Virus record (IMG/VR): IMGVR_UViG_3300027747_003429
Coordinates: 1-55,124 of that record
Source of the DNA: a virus
Lineage: Duplodnaviria; Caudoviricetes
Length of the DNA: 55,124 nt
Reading direction: 5' to 3' (one strand)
Part shown: one piece after another, positions 35,348 through 44,881 of the stretch
Position numbering within the stretch: the stretch's first letter is position 1
Layout: each line of letters opens with the position of its first letter
Notes under the pieces: generated by a model
Told to the model about the DNA's origin: nothing
The model's input: the letters and a program-made list of their open reading frames with translations, nothing else
Database searches by the model: none
Made by a program: the position numbers and the translations under genes

Positions 35348-35502
35348 TTTACCACCATTTCATCAATGAAATAATTTTCTCTGCGGTTTCTGGAATCTTT
35401 TGAATGTTGATCGGCAAATTTAATTGCCTTTTCTTTGCTATCGAAAACAGCTAAAATATCGCTGGCATTATGCCAACTAATTGAAACAATATATACTTTC
35501 AT
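35344..35502 (-). CDS. Small hypothetical protein (52 aa) MKVYIVSISWHNASDILAVFDSKEKAIKFA...EMVVK
   Basis: Not in the ORF track; TAATG overlap with primase and ATGA overlap with sbcD; common phage MKVY.V...ILxVFDSKEKA pattern. Confidence 0.7.
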   Translation of the reverse strand: MKVYIVSISWHNASDILAVFDSKEKAIKFADQHSKDSRNRRENYFIDEMVVK

Positions 35503-36440
35503 TAAATCACCAACTTGAATGCTTTTTGGATAAACGAGTCTTGTGTCATTAGGGTTGCTCGTTTTTTACGACGTGAAAATTCAAGTGTAGACATTTCACC
35601 AACATCTTTATACCCCGTCACATCAATCTTGTAAAGCTCTACGTCATATGACATTAAGCTACGAATAAGATACATCGCTTTCTTTTCTGCGTCTGGATCG
35701 AGTGCAACATAAATTGATGTGTCGTGTTTAACAATTTCCTGAAATAATTTTGAATCTTCACGAAGTGTTGAACCCAAAATAGGAATTGCGTTTCCTGCTT
35801 TAATCGCATCAAACGCACCTTCAACAAGAGTTAAATCACTTTTCCAATCAACAAACAGTTCATTAAATACGATGTCTTTACTTACTTGTGGATTCATATA
35901 ATTTGGTCTTTCACCTGTATAAGAACGTGCCACAAAGTAATTACAAAAACCATCTTTATTGAAGGATGGAATAACTACACGATTTTTATATTCACCTTCT
36001 TTACAATAACCAATTTTCCAACGAACTATATCTTCTTTTTCTAATCCACGTTCTTGAAGATACTTCATTGGTTCTCTGGCAGAATATGGTAAATCTTTAC
36101 CTGTTAAAGAAATAAATTCTTTTGGTAAAGAAATACGGTGTTCTTCTTCTTTCTTTGTTGGAAAAAGAATATCTGTAAGAGACTGATTAATCTCTACATT
36201 ACCAGTTAAAGTTTCCCAAATATGTTTCTGCGAGAAATTTCCATATTTGCGGACAAGACGAGATAGATTTGTTCCTTTAAAATCACAAATCCAGCATTTG
36301 AAGCAATTCTTTTTAATATTGATAGAAAGCTTTTTCTTTTCATGTTTACACTTTGGACAATAAAAAAGTAATTCCCCACCTTGTCGGAGGGGATTACCTA
36401 AAATGTCGATCACGATTTTTGTTTTTTGATCAGCTGACAT
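35502..36440 (-). CDS. dnaG: DNA primase (Zn finger plus TOPRIM)
   Basis: CPKC...CWIC Zn finger, YLQERG, NRVVIP, VEGAFD, LDPDA, KDVGEM; start reassigned to ATG 36440. Confidence 0.88.
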   Translation of the reverse strand: MSADQKTKIVIDILGNPLRQGGELLFYCPKCKHEKKKLSINIKKNCFKCWICDFKGTNLSRLVRKYGNFSQKHIWETLTGNVEINQSLTDILFPTKKEEEHRISLPKEFISLTGKDLPYSAREPMKYLQERGLEKEDIVRWKIGYCKEGEYKNRVVIPSFNKDGFCNYFVARSYTGERPNYMNPQVSKDIVFNELFVDWKSDLTLVEGAFDAIKAGNAIPILGSTLREDSKLFQEIVKHDTSIYVALDPDAEKKAMYLIRSLMSYDVELYKIDVTGYKDVGEMSTLEFSRRKKRATLMTQDSFIQKAFKLVI

Positions 36441-36477
36441 ACTCCCGTAGTATAGCACACTTCTACGGGAGTGTCAA
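36441..36477 (-). promoter_or_regulatory. Sigma70-type early promoter within an inverted repeat
   Basis: TTGACA (36477-36472), 17-nt spacer, TG-c-TATACT (36454-36449); ACTCCCGTAG/CTACGGGAGT inverted repeat. Confidence 0.8.
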
Positions 36478-36479
36478 GT

Positions 36480-38519
36480 TCAAGGAATTGCGCCAGAAAT
36501 AGCAAATAATCGTGCTGCCAATCTATCAATAGCCGATTTAACTGTTGTTGGAGCCGAACCAGACCAATTTCCTGGTGTTGCTGCTGTGTAACTTATATTT
36601 GAACCAGTTATTGTTGTAAATAAAGCTGTTGAGCCTGTTACAGTTGAGCCAGTTACTGTTGTTGCAGTTACAGTATTTGCTCTAACTATATCAAAATCAG
36701 CGATTGAAGGTATATTGGTACCCAATGTTGAAGCAGTTTTATTAAAAACTGAATTTGAGTAAGAGAACAAGCCACCTATAGTAACTTTTGTTGCGAGTTG
36801 ATTAGTGTCTAGAGTTGTTGAATCAACCATTACCACTACACTACTTGGCGATATTGAAGTAACTGCTGGACCGCCACTACTAGTAGCGACAACAGCACAA
36901 TCATTTATTCCTAATGTTCCGGAAATAACAACTGGAGAATATGTTGTAATACTATCTCTAATAGTTACAAATGCATTTGGATTATTTATTATAAAACTAG
37001 AACCACTTGTTGATTGATTTCCACCTTGGAAAGAAGCAAGCCCGCCACTAATAATTAAAATATCTTTATTAAAATCGGTATTTGTTGCTTGGAAATAAGC
37101 AGTTGTTGCTTTTGTAAATGTATTATTTACTTTACAATCTTCTATATATAAACTTCCTGTTCCGCTATGAACCAAGTTGTTTACTGCGATACCAAACAAT
37201 CTTATAGAAGAACCCGGAGCAATAGATTGTGAAATGGTCATTGTTCCAGAAAAATTAACTTCTCCACCATTTGAGCCTTGTGCGGCACAAATCGTAGTAT
37301 TAAACTTACTCATTGTCACATCTTCAATAAAAGTGCCTGGATGTAGAACAATTTGGTCACCACCTTGTGTTGAAGCAGCAGAAATGGCAGCACCAACTGT
37401 TCTATATGGACTTAATAGCGTTCCATTACCAGTAATATCATTACCACTGCCAGTTGAAACGTGCCACTCTCTCGCATAAACGTTTGAAGAAGCGGTTACA
37501 ACCGCACTACCAGATATTACACCATTATTTATTGTAATATTTGGACCTGCGCTAAATTGCGCTCTTACATCATTTGTGAATGTGGCAATTGCTGAACCGG
37601 TTGCTACATAAGAAGCGGTTGCTGCCGTTGTAGCAAAGCTAGCAGAAGTTGAATTGGCTGCGAAGCTAGCTGATGTTGAATTCGTAGCAAAACTAGCTGA
37701 TGTTGAACTGTTTGCGAAACTAGCTGATGTTGAACTGTTTGCGAAACTTGCTGACGTTGAATTCGTAGCAAAGCTAGCTGATGTTGAATTCGTAGCAAAA
37801 CTAGCTGATGTTGAACTGTTTGCGAAACTTGCTGACGTTGAATTTGTAGCAAAGCTAGATGATGTTGAATTGGTTGCGAAGCTTGCTGATGTAGCAAAAC
37901 TTGAACTACCAACCAAATCTCCCTTAAATGAAGCGGTAACAGAATTAAAGTTTGCTGTTGTTCCCGACATTTCAGCAGAAGCAGTTAATGCTCCACTTAC
38001 ATATAAACCTGGAAATATTTGAAGTTTGTCGTAGGCATTTACATATCTTACGTGGGCATTGGCGCCCTGATCGTCGATTGTTGGACCAACGCCACCACTT
38101 CCCCATAATATACCGGCACCATCAAGACCAACGTGCTCTGTACCGCCACTCATTACAGTTATAAATTTATCACCAACTTTTAATGATGATTGACTTATTG
38201 TGCTCAAAAGAGCGATACTGGCTGTGCCATTAACAACCAAATTGCCTTGTATAAAAGCTGCGCTAGCAGTTAAGTTTGTGGTTTGTAAATTAGTTAAACC
38301 AGTTACATTTGTATCTAACGAAAGAGTAACACTTCCACTTGAACCACCACCAGTTAAATTTGTTCCAGCATTAACGTCGGTAATATCACCACCACCGCCA
38401 CCACCAGAAGCAGTGCCAGCAACCCAATTGGTGCCATCATATACAAGTACGTTGCCACTTGCTGGAGCGACTGGTGGAGTTGCTATACCTTTTGTAGAAA
38501 AGCCGTCATTAAAACTCAT
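36480..38519 (-). CDS. Tail fibre/spike protein with beta-helix-like C-terminal domain
   Basis: GDITDVNAGTNLTGGG, FTNDVRAQF modules; WHVSTGSGND..GNGT...PYRTV..AI and LHPGTF.E start of a pectin-lyase-like fold. Confidence 0.65.
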   Translation of the reverse strand: MSFNDGFSTKGIATPPVAPASGNVLVYDGTNWVAGTASGGGGGGDITDVNAGTNLTGGGSSGSVTLSLDTNVTGLTNLQTTNLTASAAFIQGNLVVNGTASIALLSTISQSSLKVGDKFITVMSGGTEHVGLDGAGILWGSGGVGPTIDDQGANAHVRYVNAYDKLQIFPGLYVSGALTASAEMSGTTANFNSVTASFKGDLVGSSSFATSASFATNSTSSSFATNSTSASFANSSTSASFATNSTSASFATNSTSASFANSSTSASFANSSTSASFATNSTSASFAANSTSASFATTAATASYVATGSAIATFTNDVRAQFSAGPNITINNGVISGSAVVTASSNVYAREWHVSTGSGNDITGNGTLLSPYRTVGAAISAASTQGGDQIVLHPGTFIEDVTMSKFNTTICAAQGSNGGEVNFSGTMTISQSIAPGSSIRLFGIAVNNLVHSGTGSLYIEDCKVNNTFTKATTAYFQATNTDFNKDILIISGGLASFQGGNQSTSGSSFIINNPNAFVTIRDSITTYSPVVISGTLGINDCAVVATSSGGPAVTSISPSSVVVMVDSTTLDTNQLATKVTIGGLFSYSNSVFNKTASTLGTNIPSIADFDIVRANTVTATTVTGSTVTGSTALFTTITGSNISYTAATPGNWSGSAPTTVKSAIDRLAARLFAISGAIP
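37620..37905. repeat. In-frame 27-bp tandem repeat (about 10 units) encoding SASFA(T/N/A)(N/S)ST
   Basis: Unit gctgatgttgaattcgtagcaaaacta and variants repeated head to tail inside the fibre ORF. Confidence 0.9.
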
Positions 38520-38520
38520 T

Positions 38521-38919
38521 TCAACCTACTCCTGCTGAACCGGACCAATTGTTTGGTAAATCACCGGCTGAAATATTTGTTAAACCAGCAATTACAGAAG
38601 CTGTTACTGGTGTTCCATTATTACTTAATAAGAATATTTTTGTCACTCTTAAATCGCAAGCAAAACTTTCACCACGATCGAGCAAGAAGAAATTGCTTGT
38701 ATTGGTAACTCCGTTGGCGCTAAAACCAACTCTTAATGTTCCACTTACAGCACTTACATTTTTTACAATTATATTTTTTGTAACTTGTGGAAAGCTGACT
38801 TCTAATGGTGCGCTACCACTTGCTGGTGCGACTAGTGAAGAACTAGCCCAAGGAATACCAGAGGCTTGATATGAGCCGACATTTGATAAACCGGCTTGAA
38901 CATAGTTGTAAGTTGACAT
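38521..38919 (-). CDS. Small beta-rich virion protein
   Basis: 132 aa, GGAG SD, upstream ACTATTTAG motif; in the fibre cluster. Confidence 0.6.
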   Translation of the reverse strand: MSTYNYVQAGLSNVGSYQASGIPWASSSLVAPASGSAPLEVSFPQVTKNIIVKNVSAVSGTLRVGFSANGVTNTSNFFLLDRGESFACDLRVTKIFLLSNNGTPVTASVIAGLTNISAGDLPNNWSGSAGVG

Positions 38920-38949
38920 TAATAAACTCCGTTTTTAAAAGATACTAAC

Positions 38950-39471
38950 CTAAATAGTACCTTTTAAAAGTAAATAACCAGCTTTTGCTATAACAAAACT
39001 ATCTGCCATATCATAAAAATGGTCTTTTATGTTGGTGCTGTTTTTTTTATGTTCTACCTTGAACCAAATTTCGTTTTGTAGCATCCAATCCATCACTTGT
39101 TGTTTTGCTGGAATTCCTTTGACAATTTTTATTCCACAAGTTTTTCTTGCTGTTGTTGAACCAACATAATTTACTTTTATTCCTAATTCTTCCCAAATCA
39201 TCCAGCAAAGAATACCGTTAAATTTAGCAAGTGAAAGAATTGTTTTAGCAGATGAAAAACCGGGTCGAAATGCTTGAAGACTTTCTTCAACAAATACTTC
39301 TGTTATTGGGTATTTCTTTTTTAAGTCCCTTATTTCTTTCTTCGCTCGTTTTAATTTCTCGAAAACATCGTCTTCTTTAAATTTCCAACAATCATTTAAA
39401 ACAACACGACCAGTATAATCTAAAATAGTTATACCGGTGCAGCTAGTAGAAATATCTAAACCTAAAATCAT
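38950..39471 (-). CDS. ruvC: RuvC-like Holliday junction resolvase
   Basis: ILGLDISTSCTG, VFVEE, K..V, DMADSFVIA RNase H-fold catalytic pattern. Confidence 0.8.
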   Translation of the reverse strand: MILGLDISTSCTGITILDYTGRVVLNDCWKFKEDDVFEKLKRAKKEIRDLKKKYPITEVFVEESLQAFRPGFSSAKTILSLAKFNGILCWMIWEELGIKVNYVGSTTARKTCGIKIVKGIPAKQQVMDWMLQNEIWFKVEHKKNSTNIKDHFYDMADSFVIAKAGYLLLKGTI

Positions 39472-39510
39472 CCGCTTATTATAAACTAAATATAAATTTA
39501 TTTAAGTGGT

Positions 39511-40653
39511 TCAAGACCAACTAATAACCCAAATTTCTCCACGGCCACCATTACCACCGGCACCAGAAGTTCTACCGGCACCGGTAGCACATCCGCCACC
39601 GCCACCACCGCCACCGGGAATACCACCATTTCCGCCGGCACTACCAAAAGAATTATTAGCATTAGTGTTCGAACTACCACCGCCGCCACCGCCAGATCCA
39701 CAAAAACCAAGCGAATTTACTTTTCCATTACCAGCAGAACCAGTTATACCAACCGTTCCAGAAGGAGCACTGCTTCCACCGGCAGCACCACCGGTGCCGG
39801 CTGTATATGAGCCACAAGAGCCACCAGCTGTAGCATTAAAGAATGGCGTTCCTGAATAGGATGCTCCATGACCACCACCACCTGCTCCATATACTGATGA
39901 ACCACCGGCTAAATTAACACCACCAAGTGTAACGCCTCCACCACCACCGCCACCAAATTCAGCACATCCACCATTTGTTACTACGGAACCTAGACCACCT
40001 GCGCCGGCAACAGATGTAATAGAAAGGGTTGTAGTACTACCCGGAACACCACCAGCAGCCGAATTGATGGGAATGCCTTGTTGTCCGTTACCATATGTTC
40101 CACCACCACCTCCACCAGCACCATTTTGAGCACCAGTAGTAGTTCCCAAATATCCACCACCGCCACCACCGGCACGAACTACTGAACCAAAAGAGGAAGA
40201 TTCACCAGAATTTCCTGTTATACCATTTCCACCAACTGAAACTGGTATTCCACCAGTTCCGCCGGCTCCTACATATAATGATTCAGTAGCAGCTAATTGA
40301 CTTGATTGTATTATTCGGGTATTTATTGCTCCACCGCCGCCGCCGGCGCCACCAAATCTTGTATTATTGGTTGTTCCAAGAGCACCACTACCACCACCAC
40401 CGCCGGCGCCAACACAAACGATCATGGTAAATTTTGGCGTAAAGGTTGTTGGTTTTATCCATTGGCCTGAACCGGTTGCTGTGAATTGTTGTATATCAAA
40501 AGTATCTTTGCTGGAACTTACTACATCAACAATAAAATTAGTTATAATTGAAGATGTTATGCCTGTGATACCTGCTCCACTACCCGTAAAAGAAGAAGTT
40601 ATGGTAGTTGCGATTAGGGAACCGGTTATTGAAGTGTTTTGAAATTGAGACAT
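39511..40653 (-). CDS. Glycine-rich adhesin/fibre-tip protein, paralog A
   Basis: Likely start MSQFQNTS; polyglycine GGGGG motifs; ends GRGEIWVISWS. Confidence 0.7.
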   Translation of the reverse strand: MSQFQNTSITGSLIATTITSSFTGSGAGITGITSSIITNFIVDVVSSSKDTFDIQQFTATGSGQWIKPTTFTPKFTMIVCVGAGGGGGSGALGTTNNTRFGGAGGGGGAINTRIIQSSQLAATESLYVGAGGTGGIPVSVGGNGITGNSGESSSFGSVVRAGGGGGGYLGTTTGAQNGAGGGGGGTYGNGQQGIPINSAAGGVPGSTTTLSITSVAGAGGLGSVVTNGGCAEFGGGGGGGVTLGGVNLAGGSSVYGAGGGGHGASYSGTPFFNATAGGSCGSYTAGTGGAAGGSSAPSGTVGITGSAGNGKVNSLGFCGSGGGGGGSSNTNANNSFGSAGGNGGIPGGGGGGGGCATGAGRTSGAGGNGGRGEIWVISWS

Positions 40654-40673
40654 TTTATTCGCCTTTTCTTTTA

Positions 40674-41831
40674 TCAAGCCCAACTAATAACCCAAACTTC
40701 TCCACGACCACCGGCACCACCGGCACCAGAAGAACCAGAAGCAAGACCAGAACCGCAAGCACCACCGCCGCCACCACCACCGGGAATACCACCGGCACCG
40801 CCTGAAAGGCCAGAAAATACTATATTATTAGTGGCGGCTGCTCCACCACCACCGCCACCACCACAAAATCCAGTAGAATTAATTTTTCCATTACCATTTG
40901 AACCAGAGCCGGCAAAGAGAGCACCGCTGACAAAACCAGAGCCTGCCGCGCCACCATCGCCGGCAGTATAAGAACCACAAGAACCACCAGCAGAAGCTGC
41001 TACATAAGTTCCACCGGGATTATATGAGGCACCATTACCACCGCCACCACCACCATATATTGATGAGCCGCCGGGAATACTTACTGCCGCAGCAGTATGC
41101 CCACCGCCACCAGCACCACCAAATTCAGCACAACCACCGTTTGTTGCTATGGAACCTTGCCCTCCACAACCACCTAGTGAAGTAATAGAAAGAACGGTAG
41201 TGCTTCCGGGTAGGCCACCAGCTACAGCAGCAGTTGAACCTTGGGCACCATTACCAAATATTCCACCACCCCCACCACCAGAACCAGCAGCGGCAGCAGT
41301 TGTGCCAAAATAACCACCACCGCCACCACCGGCACGGACATAGGTGCCAAAAGAAGAAGATTCACCAGAACTACCTATTAAACCATTACTGGAAGTAACT
41401 GATGTGCCGCCGGCACCGGGTTTACCTACATATAGCGATTCAGTAGCAGCTAATTGACTTGATGGAATTATTAAGGTGCTTATTGCGGCGCCTCCTCCAC
41501 CACCACCGCCTAGTCTTATTGAGCCTGTTTGAGCGTTGGCTCCACTTCCGCCACCGCCGCCGGCACCAACACATACAACCATAGTCATTTTAGGATCAAA
41601 CGATCCTGATGTTTGTGCCGATGGCTTTATCCACTGACCTGAACCGGTTGTTGTAAATTGCTGTATATCAAAAGCAGTATTATTTGCTCCTATAACATCT
41701 CTAACGAAATTAATAATATTTGAAGCAGTTACATTAGTTAAGTTGAAGCCATTTCCACTAAAACCAGCAGAAGCAGTTACAGAGGTAGCTATTAATGTTC
41801 CAGTTACAGAAGTGTTTTGTAGTTGAGCCAT
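40674..41831 (-). CDS. Glycine-rich adhesin/fibre-tip protein, paralog B
   Basis: MAQLQNTS; colinear with paralog A; ends GRGEVWVISWA. Confidence 0.7.
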   Translation of the reverse strand: MAQLQNTSVTGTLIATSVTASAGFSGNGFNLTNVTASNIINFVRDVIGANNTAFDIQQFTTTGSGQWIKPSAQTSGSFDPKMTMVVCVGAGGGGGSGANAQTGSIRLGGGGGGGAAISTLIIPSSQLAATESLYVGKPGAGGTSVTSSNGLIGSSGESSSFGTYVRAGGGGGGYFGTTAAAAGSGGGGGGIFGNGAQGSTAAVAGGLPGSTTVLSITSLGGCGGQGSIATNGGCAEFGGAGGGGHTAAAVSIPGGSSIYGGGGGGNGASYNPGGTYVAASAGGSCGSYTAGDGGAAGSGFVSGALFAGSGSNGNGKINSTGFCGGGGGGGAAATNNIVFSGLSGGAGGIPGGGGGGGACGSGLASGSSGAGGAGGRGEVWVISWA

Positions 41832-44800
41832 TATTTTTTACCTCTAACTGTTTTCTTTTTATTTTTAAGAAGTTCTATTTCAGTTTGTTGTTTTTCTATT
41901 TTGTCTGTCAACTCTTTAACAGCACTTACAAGCACACTAACCATCTTTGGATAGTTTATGCCCTCACCAACAACAAATTCTGGATATACTTGTTTTACTT
42001 CTTCCGAGATAAATCCGTATTCTTTTCTACCATCATCAATACGTGTATAAGAAACAGGATTTAGTTTTGAAATTGTTGTTAATTGATTATTTAAAGTTTC
42101 TATATTTGTCTTAATTCTTCTTGTTGAAAGTTCTGTTATTGAACCGGAAACAGTTAAGTTATTTGCTATTACTATATCACCACTTCCAGTTATTCTCATT
42201 CTTTCAACAGCGTTTGTGCTAAAAGCAACAGTATCTGCTGTTGGGAAATAAATACCGCTACCTGTCAAGTTTCCCTGTGTTATTAGTGGAGTAGCTGCTG
42301 AACCACTATTGGCAAATCTTAATCTGCCTTGTGTTGTCGAACCGACTGTGCCAGATATAATAAAACAATTATTTTGATCTGTATGGGCTACAATAGTAGT
42401 ATTATTGTATAAATAAACTCCTTTATCGCCACCACCGCGCCCGGAATACAACAACACCGCGCGGCCGGCCTCAAGAATAGTATAATTTGTTCCTGTTGTT
42501 GTAATACTTAAATCACCACTAGAAGTTATTTGCGACGCTGTCGCGGCAACTCCAAGAGATAGATATGAACCGTTTGATCCATTTTCTATTCTAATTCCAT
42601 AATCTGGTGATCCGAAACCACTTTGTCTTACAAATAATTTCGGCTGTATTGCTGTTGAAGCCGTTATGTTGTTAGAAGAAATTATTATTCTATTATTAAC
42701 AAACAAATCGTTTGAAATATTAGAATTTGTGCCAGAAAGCGTTGTAAATTGTGCTGTTGAACCAGTTGTTATTGAACCTGTTATTGTTGTAAATAACGCA
42801 GTTGATCCTGTAACAGTTGAGCCGGTTATTAATGTAAATTGTGCTGTTGTTCCGCTAACAGTTGAAAGTATTGTTGAACCAGTAGTAGTTAAATTACCTG
42901 TTGTTATCAAGTTTCCAGAAACTGATACAGCTGTTGAATTTATTCTTAATTTTTCATTTTCAGCTGCTGTTCCACCTATCGAGAATACAATTGGAGCGCC
43001 GGCGATGGCGGTTGAGAATAACATACCGGAACTTGCGCTTACGTCTGTATTAAGTTGTAGTTGCGAGTTTCCAAGCAAACCAGAAATACCAGCAGAAGAA
43101 TTTCTATAAGTTATTGAAGCATTTCTTCCTGATGAACCTTGATTCAAACTTATTTTTGAACTACCAGCTAAATCAGTTGATTCAAATGTTTGTAAGCAAA
43201 CACCAGAAGAAGTTATTACTGTTAAACTTCCAGTTATTAATGTATTTCCATTAACATCTAGTTTTGTTGATGGAGTTGATGTACCAACACCAAGATTTGA
43301 AGCGATATATGCATTTGACGCTGTTAAAGTTGTGAAAGTAGCAGTTGAGCCACTTACAGTATTGACAGCAATAACATCATGACTTGAGGATAACGAGCCA
43401 AAACTACCTGTACCTGTAACAGTTAATGCGTGTGTTATTTTATTAAATGTAAATCCACTATCAGCACCGAATGAACCAACATCGTTAAATTGAACATATG
43501 AACTTGAACCGGCTGGAAGTGTTGTTCCACCGCCACCGCCAGAACCACCACCACCTGCACCACCACCTCTTAATGTTCCTGCTTGATAAATTCTTGCTGT
43601 GCTTGATGTATCAAAGTTTGATACGTTACCTTTCATTACGAGAAATGCAACCAGTATTGCTGAACCTCTTGTATTTTCACCTTCTGTGAAATTTTCAGTA
43701 CTTATTCCAGCAATAGCATCATCTAAATTGTCGTAAAGTGCTTGTCCGTAATATACGAATAAAGCACGATTAACAGCTTTTGGAAACCAGAAAACACGCT
43801 GAACACTAAATTTGTTATTGCCAACATTTATTAAGTTTCCATTCGCATCTTGATATTTTGTTGGATCAACTTCTGTATATCCAGCATTAGCTATACCTGT
43901 ATCAATTACAGGATTGCCACCGCTAACATGTTGGCGATATATTTTTGATACTGTTACCGCAGGATCGTCTACGGCAGATACGATATTAGGTATATTTGGA
44001 TTGCCAGAATAATTTCTGCCTTCAACATAAGAATCGCCGGCGCTTTTTGTTAAACTTAAACTTGAACCACTTGCCGCAAGATAGTGACCAGCTATTTTTA
44101 ATGGTCCAATTGCGCGGATAAGATCTGCTGTGCTTGTTGCCAATCCATAAGCCGTCGGCGGCGTATTTGTTGCTCCATTTGTAACAGAACCACTTTGATG
44201 TAAAACGCGACCAATAAATATTCTATCTTTGTATTGAGCAAATGTTGGTGGTGTTGGACTTTGTAGGATTTCTCCGTGTTGATCAAGAGAAATATAGCTT
44301 ATTTGAGAAGCAGTCACATAAGTTAATGATTGGCTAACAGAGGCTGTCCAATTAACAAATTGAATTGTTGGATATGGATCAGAACCGGTTGAAGCATTAT
44401 AATTTACTATAAGACCAGAGCCAGAAGTTAAGTTAAACGTTGTTGTTCCATTAACTGTTGATAAAACACCGCCATGTAACAAACCTGTACTTAATGTACT
44501 TTCTAGCCAACGTAAGCGAGTTGTATTATTAAAACTACTACTTGGCTGATATTGTGTAAAATACATATCATTTGTGGAACCAGATGTATAAATATAACTT
44601 GCTGTTTGATTGGTTGGAATTATTACTGGTCCAACGGGAAGTAGCTGAACGTAATTGCCGATAGTTACTCCACCACTAACATATAAATTATTACCAAAAT
44701 TTAAATTTGAAGCAGTAAGCGAGGTGAATTGTGCCGTAGTTCCAGAAATTTGAGAACCAGATAGTGAGCCAGTAATAGTAACTAATGAGCCACTGATGCT

Positions 44801-44845
44801 GACTACGTTATTTGGACCTATATTTAAATTTTTGTTGTATGCCAC
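41831..44845 (-). CDS. Long tail fibre with C-terminal peptidase S74 intramolecular chaperone
   Basis: GVGTSTPSTKLDVNG, ERMRI; C-terminal S.RRIKTNI...LNPVSY...GFISEEV...INY...AVKEL coiled coil; GTG start with GAGGG SD. Confidence 0.8.
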   Translation of the reverse strand: MAYNKNLNIGPNNVVSISGSLVTITGSLSGSQISGTTAQFTSLTASNLNFGNNLYVSGGVTIGNYVQLLPVGPVIIPTNQTASYIYTSGSTNDMYFTQYQPSSSFNNTTRLRWLESTLSTGLLHGGVLSTVNGTTTFNLTSGSGLIVNYNASTGSDPYPTIQFVNWTASVSQSLTYVTASQISYISLDQHGEILQSPTPPTFAQYKDRIFIGRVLHQSGSVTNGATNTPPTAYGLATSTADLIRAIGPLKIAGHYLAASGSSLSLTKSAGDSYVEGRNYSGNPNIPNIVSAVDDPAVTVSKIYRQHVSGGNPVIDTGIANAGYTEVDPTKYQDANGNLINVGNNKFSVQRVFWFPKAVNRALFVYYGQALYDNLDDAIAGISTENFTEGENTRGSAILVAFLVMKGNVSNFDTSSTARIYQAGTLRGGGAGGGGSGGGGGTTLPAGSSSYVQFNDVGSFGADSGFTFNKITHALTVTGTGSFGSLSSSHDVIAVNTVSGSTATFTTLTASNAYIASNLGVGTSTPSTKLDVNGNTLITGSLTVITSSGVCLQTFESTDLAGSSKISLNQGSSGRNASITYRNSSAGISGLLGNSQLQLNTDVSASSGMLFSTAIAGAPIVFSIGGTAAENEKLRINSTAVSVSGNLITTGNLTTTGSTILSTVSGTTAQFTLITGSTVTGSTALFTTITGSITTGSTAQFTTLSGTNSNISNDLFVNNRIIISSNNITASTAIQPKLFVRQSGFGSPDYGIRIENGSNGSYLSLGVAATASQITSSGDLSITTTGTNYTILEAGRAVLLYSGRGGGDKGVYLYNNTTIVAHTDQNNCFIISGTVGSTTQGRLRFANSGSAATPLITQGNLTGSGIYFPTADTVAFSTNAVERMRITGSGDIVIANNLTVSGSITELSTRRIKTNIETLNNQLTTISKLNPVSYTRIDDGRKEYGFISEEVKQVYPEFVVGEGINYPKMVSVLVSAVKELTDKIEKQQTEIELLKNKKKTVRGKK

Positions 44846-44881
44846 AATTCACCCTCGTTTATATTGTTTATTAATTAGCTA

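Noticed and set aside
37620-37905. Possible CRISPR array
   Set aside because: Head-to-tail 27-bp units with no unique spacers, in frame inside a fibre gene; no cas genes.
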